NCBI GenBank assembly: GCA_050613775.1
Contig: JBODTK010000123.1
Location: forward strand, 1-64,000
Source of the DNA: Neocallimastix sp. 'constans'
Taxonomy: Eukaryota
Direction: 5' to 3'
DNA: 64,000 bases
Position numbers and translations under genes: made by a program
Notes under the pieces: generated by a model
Database searches by the model: none
Told to the model about the DNA's origin: nothing
The model's input: only the letters and a program-made list of their open reading frames with translations
In this document: positions 26,026 through 42,340 of the stretch, piece by piece
How positions within the stretch are numbered: position 1 is the stretch's first letter
Layout of the letters: the number at the start of each line of letters is the position of its first letter

Positions 26026-27512
26026 ACTTACAGTTTGAGAAAATAGACCCTCAGTTAGTATTTTAATTTAGTTCTTCCTTAGGTAGATCGTCGTAGAGGT
26101 TAAATCTTTATACCAGCTCTTAAAAACACATAAATTCTAATTAACCCTCTTTAATTTGACACAGACGCTAAACTATTAAACTCATTATTTCATGGTTCTT
26201 GTAAATCACTGAGTGTTATAGCAACTTGTTCCTTAAGCCCTACATTTTCTTTTCTATGACTTTTTCTATTATCAAGGTAATATAATAATTATCCTAACCC
26301 TAATTAATATTGCAGAGGAATGTTGCTTTTTTTGAAGTAGTAAATATATTGTGCTTGTATGGTTGTAGATATGTCGTGTTTGTGTGGTTGTATTATCAAA
26401 CCAAAGTAATATAATATATGTAAAAGTATTTCTTCATATAATGTACATCTAATCCAATAGATTGAAATATACACGTTATACAATATTATATAATAATTTA
26501 AACATCCTATTGAACAGACATCAATATTAAATGCATTCTGAAACTTTTTTCTCTTTAAATACTTTTAAAGTATATATTAATTAATTATAAATATATATAC
26601 CAACTTTTATTAATAAATAAAGTTTAAATATATATAACCTAACCTTTTACCAAATGAATTGATAGTATATTAGAACAAAATCAAAATTTATTGTATATAT
26701 ATTAAAATTGATCAAATTATTTCATAAGGTAGAGGAAATAGTTTGACCCTACTTGATTAGATAAAGCAGTGTTCAATAAAAAATAGAAATTAAAGTGTAA
26801 CAAATAACCTTAACCCTTCATTATTTCTTTGAAGGTATACAGTCATAAATTAGAGAGATGCAGGGATATACCAAGATTCAATGTATTGATTTATGAGCAA
26901 GCATAAAAATTATAACATTGTTGAGGTTACAATGAAAGGTCATAATTGTAACAAAAAAAAAATAAAATAAAATTAAAATTAAAATTTATTTTTTTTATGG
27001 TTTCTTGTTTGTTTATATTTTATATATTTTTAATGAATATATTTTAAATTAATTATTGAATAATTGAATTCATATATACCTGTATAATTTTATATATATA
27101 TTTCTGTATTTTTTATTTTTTATTTTTATTCATATATTTATATTATATATATGATTTAAATTATTAATTATTTCTTATTTAATTTACATCTACCTACATA
27201 TACCAATTCTATATATAATTTTTATAAAATATTTTTTAAATAATTCTAACCTACATTTTAATAATTAAAAATAATTATATATATATATTTTTTAATCTTT
27301 TTTTTTTTAAATAAAAAATAAAAAATAAAAAATAAAAAATATATATATAAAAATAATTTAAATTTATGTTTTATAAAAAAAACTATTATTTTCATTTTCA
27401 TTTATTTCATTTCTTTTTTGGTTAAAATAGTAAAAAAATTTTTTTCATTATTTTACTATGAATTTAATTTTTATCAAATGTAGTATTCATAAATGGAAAT
27501 TAAAAATATAAA

Positions 27513-28499
27513 TTATAATAATATTTTTAAAAAAGATCTACCAGTTTGCGCCGTATCTAAAAATGCCTTATCTATTCCAGAAATAAATTTCTTCCAATAC
27601 CACCAAGTTAAAGCACCAATGAAAAAGGAGATCCATGTACAACCAGTTGCAAAGAGTAACATAATCATTTCAAGGTATTATCAATTTTATTAAAATTTTA
27701 TTTTTCTTTTTACCTGTAAAGTGTTCTTATGGAGCAGATTACAATCGCATCAAAAAAAAAACAAAAACACTATCAATAATAATACTCTAATGAAATTTAT
27801 TTTATTAAAAAAATTCTTTTATCAATCTCTTTATTATAAAAATTCTTTTTATTAGTTATTAACTGCAAAATAGTTAACAACTACATTTTTTTAATAAAAT
27901 AATTTTATATTTATATTGTTTCTTAACTATAATATACTATTTCTATTTATTTAAACATATATTCAATATAAAATAAACAAAAACTAATCTAAAATTAAAT
28001 AAAGTTATAAAAAACTAAAACTAATTCAATAAGCTTTTTATTCAATTTGTTTTGACTCAAATTGAATAAGTTCTTATTTATTTATTTATTATTCTTTTAT
28101 TATTAATACTATTAATTATATATTACTATTTAATTTTTAATGATTATTAAACTAAACTAAAATTATTAACATATTTTATTACTAAATTTTAAGTTATTTA
28201 GAAATTAATTTTATATTTTTAAATTTATATATTATAAAAAATATAAATATATTATTAATTTTTATAAACAATTAATTTCATATATTAATATATTTTACAT
28301 AATTTTATGCATTAGCATTATTTTGTAAACGTGAATTACATTAAATAATACAAAATAAATTAATGTACTAAAGATATTGATCATACTTTTACATTACCAT
28401 ATCAGTAGGTCGTTTTTTTTTTTTAAGATCTTTTATTGATTCGTTTCCGCTTGATTCATCAGCAAAAGACTGATAAGTTTACAACTAGTTGATTTTCAT
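27513..28499 (-). pseudogene. Small (~100 codon) membrane-protein-like pseudogene split by a solo LTR
   Basis: Removing the LTR and one TSD gives one frame: MKIN*L*TYQSFADESSGNESIKDLKKKKRPTDMVKRKIKF**N**YLEMIMLLFATGCTWISFFIGALTWWYWKKFISGIDKAFLDTAQTGRSFLKILL*. Confidence 0.45.
27715..28393 (+). mobile_element. Solo LTR with 5-bp TSD TTACC
   Basis: TTACC(27710-14)-TGTAAAG...TTTTACA-TTACC(28394-98). Confidence 0.85.
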
Positions 28500-28998
28500 T
28501 TATTTTATTAAAAATGTTAATTATCAATTAACTTATTAAAATTGATTAATATCGTTTTTGATGAAATTAATTCATCAAAAACGTTGTCTGATAAAGTATT
28601 GTTTTATTGTTTATTTCTTTAATTATTTTAATTTAATATTTTTTTTTTAATGTTTTACTTTTATTTATTTATTTATTTTTATTTTTAAGCTTTTATTGGT
28701 GATATTTATTTAAATAATAAATTTTTTATTATAAAAAATAAATTGAGTTTCAAGAAAATTTTAAATAATAATAATATTAATAATTATTTGTAATAAGGGT
28801 TAAGAAAATCTGTATTAATTTATATATCATAATAATACAATTGATTAAAGTTAATTAATAATTGATAATCAAATATGTTAATTAATATATCCGGGGCAAG
28901 CGGTGTAGCAAGAGGATTAATAGTAATGATTAAAACTGGTTACAATGGTGAGGAGTTGTATACGGTATTGATTGGTAAGAAACAATGTAATAAATAAT

Positions 28999-29230
28999 TG
29001 TAATGTATTCTTATGGAACAGATTACGATTACATGAAAACACTATTAATAAAAATACCCAATTAAATTTGTTTTATTAAAAAAAAAACTTCTTTTTTATT
29101 AATATTACTTTATTAACTGTAAAATAGTTAACAACTACATTTCTTTCATAACTTTACATGTTTTTATATTTTTTCTTAATTATATTATAATATACTATTT
29201 CTATTTATTTAAACATATTAATTGAATAAA
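28999..29230 (+). mobile_element. 5' fragment of the same LTR subfamily
   Basis: TGTAATGTATTCTTATGGAACAGATTAC.. aligns with the start of the 27715 LTR. Confidence 0.7.
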
Positions 29231-29639
29231 AAAAAAAATATATATAATATATATGAATATATATATATATATTTTTTACGAAATTTTACACCTATTTATA
29301 GTTTCTATGGAAAAATAAATGATTTTTAAGTTAATTATCAAGAAATAATCGAATTATTAGTAATTAAAGAAAGTTCAAGCAAAATAAGTTTTCTTTCTAG
29401 AAAATGAATCTTAGATAAAAAAAAAATATATATATGATAAATATTATTAATAAAATAGAATTTTTTCTAGCTTTATCATTTTGACTATCTGATCGATAAA
29501 ACACGGGTATCTTCTTTAATGCTCTAGATATAATAAAATTTAAAAATATTAAAAAATTTTTAGAAAGAGCGCCAGTTGAACCTTGGAACCTTGGAGGTTC
29601 GGCCTGATCTTTATGATAATTTACCAATGAACTATGGTT

Positions 29640-30960
29640 ACTAATTTTATAATGTAAAAAGTACTTAACAAAGTACTACCATTATGATAATAATGTGGTT
29701 ACATAACATTATTATTAGATAATATGATACATTTGTATTATTCCTAAATTAAATAGATTAATTATTAGAGTTATTTTTAATCACAATGAAATAACCAATC
29801 ATGTATTTAATTATATTATAAAATGATAAAGTACGAAGTTCAGGTTCGGTTCTTTTAAGGTTTGTTCTCTTAAATGGGAGATATAATTTATATGTTTTAT
29901 AAAAATTATTTTATTTAAAATTTATTTATTTAGAAGAATTACATTTACTTATCATTATTTAAAATGAAATGTAAACTAACATTTATTCCAAAAATTAATA
30001 TTTATTTTCATATTTTAATCTCAAGAATTATTATAATCTACTATTTCTTATTCTTGGATAGAGACCTAAACTATTTCTTATATTTTCCTCTTTTATAATC
30101 ATATACTAATAATAAAGGATTTCCTATATTAAAGTATAAATATTAATTTACTTTCATTAATGTTAAATTAAATAATATAAATATATAAATTAATTTCTAA
30201 TAAAAATACAATAAAAACTAGATTAATACATAAAATTTATTCTTTTACTACATTTCTTAATTAACATAAATTGATTATTAACTGGAGTTTTTATTTCTAT
30301 ATCATATCAATAATAATATTTTTGAAAATATAACATGAATTTATTTTTTCAAATTATAATTAATTATTTTTATTTATTATTTGATTGATAATATTTTTTA
30401 TTTAATTTTAGAAAATTTTATTTTTTTCTTTTTTTTTTTTTTTAGCTTATTAAATATAACTTTTTATAATAGTAACGCTATTGTATAAAGTTTTAAAAAT
30501 TTTAAAGTACTAAAATAAGGAATAATAAGCTCAAACAAAGGGCTATAAGCCATATGTTCACCTCTCTTTTCAAATTATTCTATCTGCTAAATAACGATAA
30601 CTAACAAAAAATTATTCAATAACGCAAAATTATTCCATACAAGGTACTTGGAATTAGGTTATGTAATTTTTATCTTTTATGGATTTTTTTTTTTTTTTTT
30701 AGCAATTATTATTATGATTAATTATTTTAATAGAATAATTTATGTGTATAGTCAGCGTTGTGTTTTCATGTTATTATCACATAAAATAATAAAATACACA
30801 TGATTGCTCATTACATAATAGCTAAAATTATTAAAATAATTACTCTATCTAATTATGGAATAATGCGAATGTATGATAATCATTCAACAATATTAATAAA
30901 TTAACGCATTATTACTTACTATTGAGGTAGTACTCAGTACGTACCTTTTGTACTAGTTGA
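29640..30960. repeat. Degenerate ~190-bp inverted repeat pair (29640-29835 and 30770-30960)
   Basis: The reverse complement of the first arm shares colinear words with the second (ACATGATTG, GGAATAAT, AATGTAT, CATTATTA, GGTAGTACT). Confidence 0.55.
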
Positions 30961-31286
30961 GAGTTTCATTACATTTATTTTTAAAAAAGAAAACTTTTAA
31001 TTACTTTATTTTATGAAAATATGATTAAAAAAAAGAAAAAAATTTTTTTTTCAAAAAAAATATATACATTTATTTTAAAATTGTATGATATAAAAACTAA
31101 TTAATACATGATTTTATTTACTTATAATGTTGAACTATTGTTAACTTCTTTTTCTTTTTAAAGATTTTATTTTTTTACTTGAACTAGAATTTTATTTATT
31201 TAATTATTTATTTATTTAAAATTGTATTAAAATTACTCTTTTTAAATCTTATTATTTAAAAATTTGCTCTAAAATAATCAATAAAG

Positions 31287-31808
31287 GTAGGATTATCTAT
31301 CCCATAAATTCTTTATTGCTAGATCGTTTTGATCTTCATAATTAGTATTTTCATACCATTATTCAAAGTAGTCCTCCAATTCTTCAACCATTTTTCTACC
31401 TATTATTCTTTATTCTTTATTTACTTCTTTATTCTTCTTCTTCTATAGAGATAAATAGTTCTTCTTGAGTGAGGTTAAACCACATCAACCTCTGTTCTCT
31501 TTTCTTTGTTTATTTTCTTCTTCTACAACAAATATATATATTTGTTGAAAGCCAAAGTTCTTTTTTTTTTCATCTTTTTTTTTTTTTTTTAAAAAAAATC
31601 TTCTGAAAATTTCCAATTTAATTTCATTTATTGTATCATAGTATAAAGCTAGTCTTTCAAGTTTTGGTCATTGAATATCATTGAATTTTAAATTTATTTC
31701 AACCCTGAATAATCTTCTCTACAGAGGTTTAAAATTCTTGATTTAAAAGTTTTCCCTTCTTTATTTGTGAACAAATTATTTTAAAGTATAATTACTTTTT
31801 ATTTTACC

Positions 31809-31849
<41 letters not shown>

Positions 31850-32698
31850 ATACTGATCTAACTAAGTTTTCAAGTTAGAAATGGCCAAGCACCACACAGT
31901 AATCATCCCACCATCTAGTACGAGATTTATTATATTTCCTTAAAAAATTTGTTTTCTTGACAATAAAAATTTTTTTTTGTTTATAATTAATAAAAGTAGG
32001 ATTATCTATCCCATAAATTCATTATTGCTAGATCGTTTTGATCTTCATAATTAGTATTTTCATACCATTATTCAAAGTACTCCTCCAATTCTTCAATCAT
32101 TTTTCTACCTATTATTCTTTATTCTTTATTTACTTCTTTATTCTTCTTCTTCTATAGAGATAAATAGTTCTTCTTGAGTGAGGTTAAACCACATCAACCT
32201 CTGCTCTCTTTTCTTTATTTATTTTCTTCTTCTACAACAAATATATATATTTGTTGAAAGCCAAAGTTCTTTTTTTTTTTTCATCTTTTTTTTTTTTTTT
32301 TTAAAAAAAATCTTCTGAAAATTTCCAATTTAATTTCATTTATTGTATCATAGTACAAAGCTAGTCTTTCAAGTTTTGGTCATTGAATATCATTGAATTT
32401 TAAATTTATTTCAACCCTGAATAATCTTCTTTACAGAGGTTTAAAATTCTTGATTTAAAAGTTTTCCCTTCTTTATTTGTGAACAAATTATTTTAAAGTA
32501 TAATGGGGTGTTAGATTTTTTTTTTTTTTAATCATAAGTCTTATTTTGGCTATATAACTACTTTTTTTTTTTTTACAGGTAAAATAAAAACATACTGATC
32601 TAACTAAGTTTTCAAGTTAGAAATGGCCAAGCACCACACAGTAATCATCCCACCATCTAGTACGAGATTTATTATATTTCCTTAAAAACTTTGTTTTC
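31287..32698. repeat. About 700-bp near-identical tandem duplication (31287-31957 and 31996-32698)
   Basis: Both copies start GTAGGATTATCTATCCCATAAATT and end near TTCCTTAAAAA(A/C)TTTGTTTTC. Confidence 0.9.
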
Positions 32699-32724
32699 CA
32701 AATTATTATGATAAATTTTTTTTT

Positions 32725-32772
<48 letters not shown>

Positions 32773-34120
32773 GGTAATTTAAAGAAAATATTTATTTTGT
32801 CTATCCTGAAATATTTAACAGAACAGGTAGGACCGTAACATGAAAATACTAATAATCTTTAAAAAAAAAAATAAAATAAAATAAGAAGAATCTCTATATG
32901 TTTTTTTATTAAAATTAAATATAGAGATATTTAATATTAAAATTTTAAAAATATAAATATTATAATAAAATCATAAAATATAATGAATAAATTTATAAAC
33001 CAAATTATGAAATAAAATTTAATAAAATATTTAATATATATATTTTTTTTATTGTATTATATATATATATATATAATACAATAAAATAATAATATTTAAA
33101 GTTTATGGAGATGCTAAATTAAAAAGATAACAAGAAATTCATTAGTGACTTTATGATGACAATGAATTTAAAACCGGTTAAAGAAATTTTATTAAAAATA
33201 AATAAATAAATTAATAATCCCATAAACGTGTTAAAACTTTTTTTCTATAAATTTATTATATTAACAATAAATTTTGAGAATATTTAATATAAAAAGTATC
33301 ATATTTCGTATAATTATATTATATATTTATATTATTATTACTTCATTTTACAAATACAATTGTAATTATATAAAGCTAATTTCCTTTATATAAATATATG
33401 TATTCAATCCTAAGACATTCTAATATAAATAAAAAAAAATATATATATAATCATTTCTTATAAAGCAATTATATTGATTTGTAAAATTTTTAGAACAAAA
33501 ATAAAAATAAATAAAAATAAAAAAAAAAATAAAAATAAAATAATAAAAAATAAAAATAAAAATAAAAATAAAAATTATAATAAAACTCTAATTTTTTATC
33601 CATTTTCAACTTGATAATTATATAATTAATAAGTTTATAACTAAAGCACTTAAAATAAATATAAAAAGGGAAAAAATTAAATTAAAAAAATGAATAAATA
33701 AATATTATTGTTATTATTATTGTTGTTGTTGTTTTAACTTTATTATATAAATTTATAAATTTATTTTATAAAAAAAATTAAAAATGAAATTTAAAACTGT
33801 ATATAAATATATAATGAATATATTATAGATATGTAATATAAATTTGTATATATTTTATTAATTATAAATTATTAATTATTGTATGAAAATATTTAAATAA
33901 ATTAATAAATAAATAAATAAAAATTCAAAGGTTATAATGAAATGATTAATATATAAATTTAAAAAATAATATAAAATTATTTTTAATTATAAATTTTAAA
34001 TTAAAAAGAAATGATGTTATTTTAATAAATTAATTTTTTTTTTTTTTTTTTTTTTTTGAATAAAAAAAAATAATAATAGTAATAATAATATTGAGTTATA
34101 TAATTATAATTAATAAAATC

Positions 34121-37265
<3,145 letters not shown>

Positions 37266-37844
37266 TTTGAAGATTTAACTTTTTTTAATTTATTAGAATG
37301 TCATAAAGAAACAAAAAAAAAATATATATATATATATGTATGTATATATATATATATTACTAAAAAATTTAAAGTTTTAAAACTTTAAAAATAAATATTA
37401 ATAAATAAATATAATTAAATATTAATAAATAAATATAATTAAATATATAAATAAATAAATATCAAATATTAATAAATAAATAACTATATATATAATAAAT
37501 AAATAAATATCAAATAATTATTAATAAATACTAATAAATATTAAATAAATAACTAAATATTGATAATAAAATAATATCAATAAATAAATTTAGTACGAAT
37601 AATTATATAATTATTAGTACTCTTTAAAAATGTATAAATTATTCATCTAATGTATGTTATTTATTTAAATTATATACTATTTAAGCTTCGATTATTTAAT
37701 ACCAAATAATTATAATAAAAAATTAATAAATAAATAATAATAAACAATTAATAAATAAATAATAATAATAATAAATAAAATAATAATAATAAATACTAAA
37801 TAATTATAATAAATAATAATATTAATAAAATATTAATAAATAAA

Positions 37845-38380
37845 TAATTATAAAAAATTAAATAAATTAGTTTTATATACAAAACCTTTCAATTAAAAAT
37901 ATTATCTTAACATCCATAAAAATATAACATATTTCTTCATTAATTTTTTTTTATTAATATATAATAAAAATTATTAATATTTTAAACTATTTATATTTAT
38001 TTAAATATTCCCTATTTAAAGATAGATTTTCCTTTATAAAAAAAAATCCTATAAAAATATAGAATATTAGAATTTAATAAAAACTTTATAATTTTTTTCC
38101 CTTTTTTTTTTTAAGTAATTATAATAAAAAATTAAATAAATTAGTCTTATATACAAAACCTTTCAATTAAAGATATTATCTTAACATCTTTAAAAATATA
38201 ACATATTTCTTCATTAATTTTTTTTTATTAATATATAATAAAAATTATTAATATTTTAAACTATTTATATTTATTTAAATATTCCCTATTTAAAGATAGA
38301 TTTTCCTTTATAAAAAAAAATCCTATAAAAATATAGAATATTAGAATTTAATAAAAACTTTATATTTTTTTCCCCTTTTT
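37845..38380. repeat. About 265-bp tandem duplication upstream of CEF1
   Basis: TATATACAAAACCTTTCAATT..ATTCCCTATTTAAAGATAGATTTTCC.. occurs twice. Confidence 0.85.
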
Positions 38381-38463
38381 TAGCATTTATTCATTATTTA
38401 GTATAATTATTAATTTTTAATTATTAAAAATTTTAATATAATATATATTCTCTATAATTTTAA

Positions 38464-38669
38464 GGGAGTGGTGCATTTCGCCAATTTTTTTGAAAGCATG
38501 TGGCGTATTAAAAAATGTGGCATTTCGCCAAGTTGAAAATTATTAAATAAATAAATAAATAAATAAAATTATTTTAAATTAATATTTATTTATTCATTTA
38601 TTTATATCAATATGCCACTTGTTGAAATGCAACCTGGCGAAATGCAATTTGGGGAAATGTAACTCTCTC
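38464..38669. mobile_element. Mutator-type MITE, copy 1
   Basis: G-rich termini with GCATTTCGCCAA / TTGGCGAAATGC-type subterminal repeats. TSD TAATTTTAA / TAATTTTAC (8/9 match). Confidence 0.8.
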
Positions 38670-38738
38670 TAATTTTACAATAAAAAAGATTAGAAGAAGA
38701 TATTTGAAATTTTAAAAAATAATTATTATATTAAATAT

Positions 38739-39041
38739 GGGAGAGTTGCATTTCCCCAAATTGCATTTCGCCAGGTTGCATTTTGACAAGTAGAGTATTG
38801 ATATAAATAAATGAATAAATAAATAAATATTAATTCAAAATATATTTTTTTTAAAATTGTTTTTATGTGATATTAATAATATTTAATTTTATTCATTGAT
38901 TTATTTATTTATTTAATAATTTTCAATTTGGCGAATTGCAATTTGGCGAAATGCCACATTTTTTTAATACGCCACATGCTTTCAAAAAAATTGGCGAAAT
39001 GCAATCTGGCGAAATGCAATTTGGCGAAATGCACCACACCC
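38739..39041. mobile_element. Mutator-type MITE, copy 2 (inverted), perfect 9-bp TSD ATTAAATAT
   Basis: ATTAAATAT-GGGAGAGTTGCATTT...AAATGCACCACACCC-ATTAAATAT. Confidence 0.88.
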
Positions 39042-40794
39042 ATTAAATATATATTCTCTATAATTTTACAATAAAAAGGATTAGAAGAAAATAGATGAAA
39101 TTTTGAAAGCAATGATAGTTTTATATAATTTAAATTATATATAAATACTTCAAAATTTATAAATTTATTAATAACTATGATAGTGAAAATTATATTTAGT
39201 ATTATTTATATAGAACTTTTATAATACTTACAATAAACTATTATAAATATTACTTTTTATGTTTATTTATTGTGAATATTTTCTTTTATATATATATATG
39301 GATTTATGTCTTTTTATATATTGATATCATTAGACTTATTTATATATAAAATTATATTCCTATATAAATGTATTTTATGCTTTATTCTTCGTTCCTTTTG
39401 TACCTTAAAGATATAATTTATATTTTTATTTACAAACAGTATGTATGAGTATTAAGATATTTGAACGGTTATTTCAGTATTTCTTTTTATTATATTCACA
39501 ATAATCCTTTTTATCTATAAATGTCCCTTTTAAACTTTTATTTTTTTTGTTCTTAATATACATTTTAGTAGCATTAAAAAAAAGTATTGTTTTTTTTTTA
39601 TAGACTGAAGACCTATGTCTCCCCCATATAATATGAGTGTGTATTTAATCGCCATACTGGTAAATATATGTATTAAAAAAAAAAAAAGATAATATAAAAA
39701 GTAATTTAATAAATATATATTAAATATTAAAAATTAAGCAAATTATTTTTTATATTTAATGTATATTTATTTATTCTTTTCTTTTAAAAAAAAATATATT
39801 CCTATTATTCCTATTAATTTTATTATTAGGTATTTGTCTAAATTATATTTATTTTATTCATTTATTTTATATTAAATTTTTTTATTACTACACTAACAGT
39901 ATTTCAAAAAATTTTCCACTTTGTATTCACTTTTCAAAATTTATTATGAATAAAGTAAATAATATTCAAGTTTAATTTATTTTTATTATCTATTAGAATT
40001 AAATAGAAAATTAAAAATTTAAATGAGATAAAATTAATTTAAATTAATTCAGAAAATAAAAAAATTAAATTAATAAAAAAGTATAAAAACATTTTTATTA
40101 AATTACCAAATATAGTATTATTTAAAATTAAGTAATATATTAATAATATATTATAATATATAGGTTTTATGAAATGTTTTATACAAAATTAAAATAAAAA
40201 AATATTTTAATATAAAAAAACAAAATTAAAGATTATATTTTGTTTTATTTATATATTAAATTGTAATGGTATTTATTAAAAAATAAATAGAATTAATTAA
40301 TTATTAAGAATATATTATTAATAGAGTAAAAGAATTTTTTTTAAATTTTTTTTTTTTTACTTTTGTGTGGAAATTTTATTACTTTTATTATTATATATTT
40401 TATATGTATTAACTTATTTAATAAATATATAATTAAAGTATTTCTACATATAATATATATTATATTTATTATAATAATATGTTGTACAATTATATTGATC
40501 AATCATATTCCAGTATGAGAAATGATATTATAAACTAAATAGTATATTATAATTTTATGCTCAATACTAATAAATAGTAAAAATTTGATACTTTTATAAA
40601 ATTGTTATTTTTCTATACTTTAAATAAGTGATTTCTCATTACCATAAATGGAAAATAGAAATGAATAATTGAAAAATAAATGGAATATTAAAAAAAAAAA
40701 GAAACAAGAAACAAATAATATACAAATAAAATTAAATAAATAGCTAATGAAAAAAAAAAAGAAATGTCTTAATATTAATTAATAATTAATAATA

Positions 40795-41195
40795 AATAAT
40801 AAATAATAAATAATAAATAATAAATAATAAATAATAAATAATAAATAATAAATAATAAATAATAAATAATAAATAATAAATAATAAATAATAAATAATAA
40901 ATAATAAATAATAAATAATAAATAATAAATAATAAATAATAAATAATAAATAATAAATAATAAATAATAAATAATAAATAATAAATAATAAATAATAAAT
41001 AATAAATAATAAATAATAAATAATAAATAATAAATAATTGAATAATAAATAATAAATAAATAATAAATAATAAAAAGAGTATTTATTAATAAATAATAAA
41101 TAATAAATAATTGAATAATAAATAATAAATAAATAATAAATAATAAAAAGAGTATTTATTAATAAATAATAAATAATAAATAATAAATAAATAAA
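40795..41195. repeat. (AATAAAT)n 7-mer microsatellite
   Basis: Directly visible. Confidence 0.9.
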
Positions 41196-42135
41196 TAATT
41201 AAATAAATAGTTATAGTTATATAATTATATAATAAAAGTTTAATAATAAATAATTTTATGGATTATTCTTTAATAGGCTTTTTGTTTTATAAAAGAAAAA
41301 AAAATTATTCATTTTAAATTTTATATAAATTAAATAAATAATAAATAACAGATCAATATTCAATAATAATAAATTATAATAATAATATTCAATATTTAAA
41401 ATAAAAATAATATTTAAATATATAGATAAACAAAAAACAAAAAAAAAAAAAGGTTTTAAAAAATTATTTGAAATTCAAATACAAAAATAGAAATATTAAA
41501 ATTTTCCAAATCCAAACCAAAAAAAGAGATTAAAATAGGAAGTGGTTACAAATACAAATAAATAAGATTATTATTTACTAAATAAATAATGATTTTAATT
41601 AATTAATTTGTAAATATTTATATTGAAAATGAATAAACAAAAAGATTATTCTAATTAATTCAATATTTACAAAAGTAAATAAATAAATAAATAAATAAAT
41701 AGATAAATAAATAAATAAATAAATAAAAAACTGATTTTTATTATTATTTCATTTTGTTCATTATGAGGTTCTCAATTAAATATTTTATAATTGAATGATA
41801 AAATTGATGAATGAATAAACATTTGATGGCTGTAGTTTAATTATTATACATTAAATTATTCTCCTTATATCAATTATATTAATCATTGCTATAATAATAA
41901 AGAATAAGCTATTTTTTATTAGTAACTAATAAATATTAAAAAAGATGTATTGTAAATTAGGAATAAATAGATAATTGAATAATAAATAATAAAGAGATAA
42001 ATAATAAAAAATAAATAATAAATAATATATAAAATAATAATAAATCCTAAATACTAAATAACTGAATAATCAATAATAAATAAATAATATAAAATATAAA
42101 GAATAAGTAATGAATAATAATTTTTTTTTTAAAAA

Positions 42136-42340
42136 CTGACATTAAAGAGGGGGGAGGACAATATAGTCTCCAACCTTTCCCTTAAATGTATCAGGCTCTC
42201 ATGGGATTCTTTGAATACCGTCTCGACATTAACGAGGACCTCTCTCTAAGCATGGATAATATAAAAGGCATTCTCTATATAACAGGCTTCTTTTCAGTGA
42301 TCTCTTGAACCATCATCTAGGGAGAAACTACTACTCTAAT
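42136..42340. ncRNA. Candidate structured non-coding RNA, family unrecognised
   Basis: Isolated GC-richer island. Long hairpin 42136-42194, further stems GTCTCG/CGAGGAC and TCTCTT/AGGGAGA, T-run after the hairpin on the minus strand, no convincing ORF. Confidence 0.35.

Noticed and set aside
27493..27693. Plus-strand 66-aa ORF
   Set aside because: The opposite strand gives the more protein-like frame, which continues across the LTR.
38909..39112. ORF with HFAKL repeats (also 55211-55396)
   Set aside because: Translation of MITE subterminal repeats.
39600..39670. Small GC island with a short hairpin
   Set aside because: Too short to separate from chance or a TE scrap.
42250..42335. U5-like GCCUUUUA loop on the minus strand, and U17/snR30-like AACCAU on the plus strand
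   Set aside because: Flanking stems, Sm site and ACA box do not fit, so no family was assigned.
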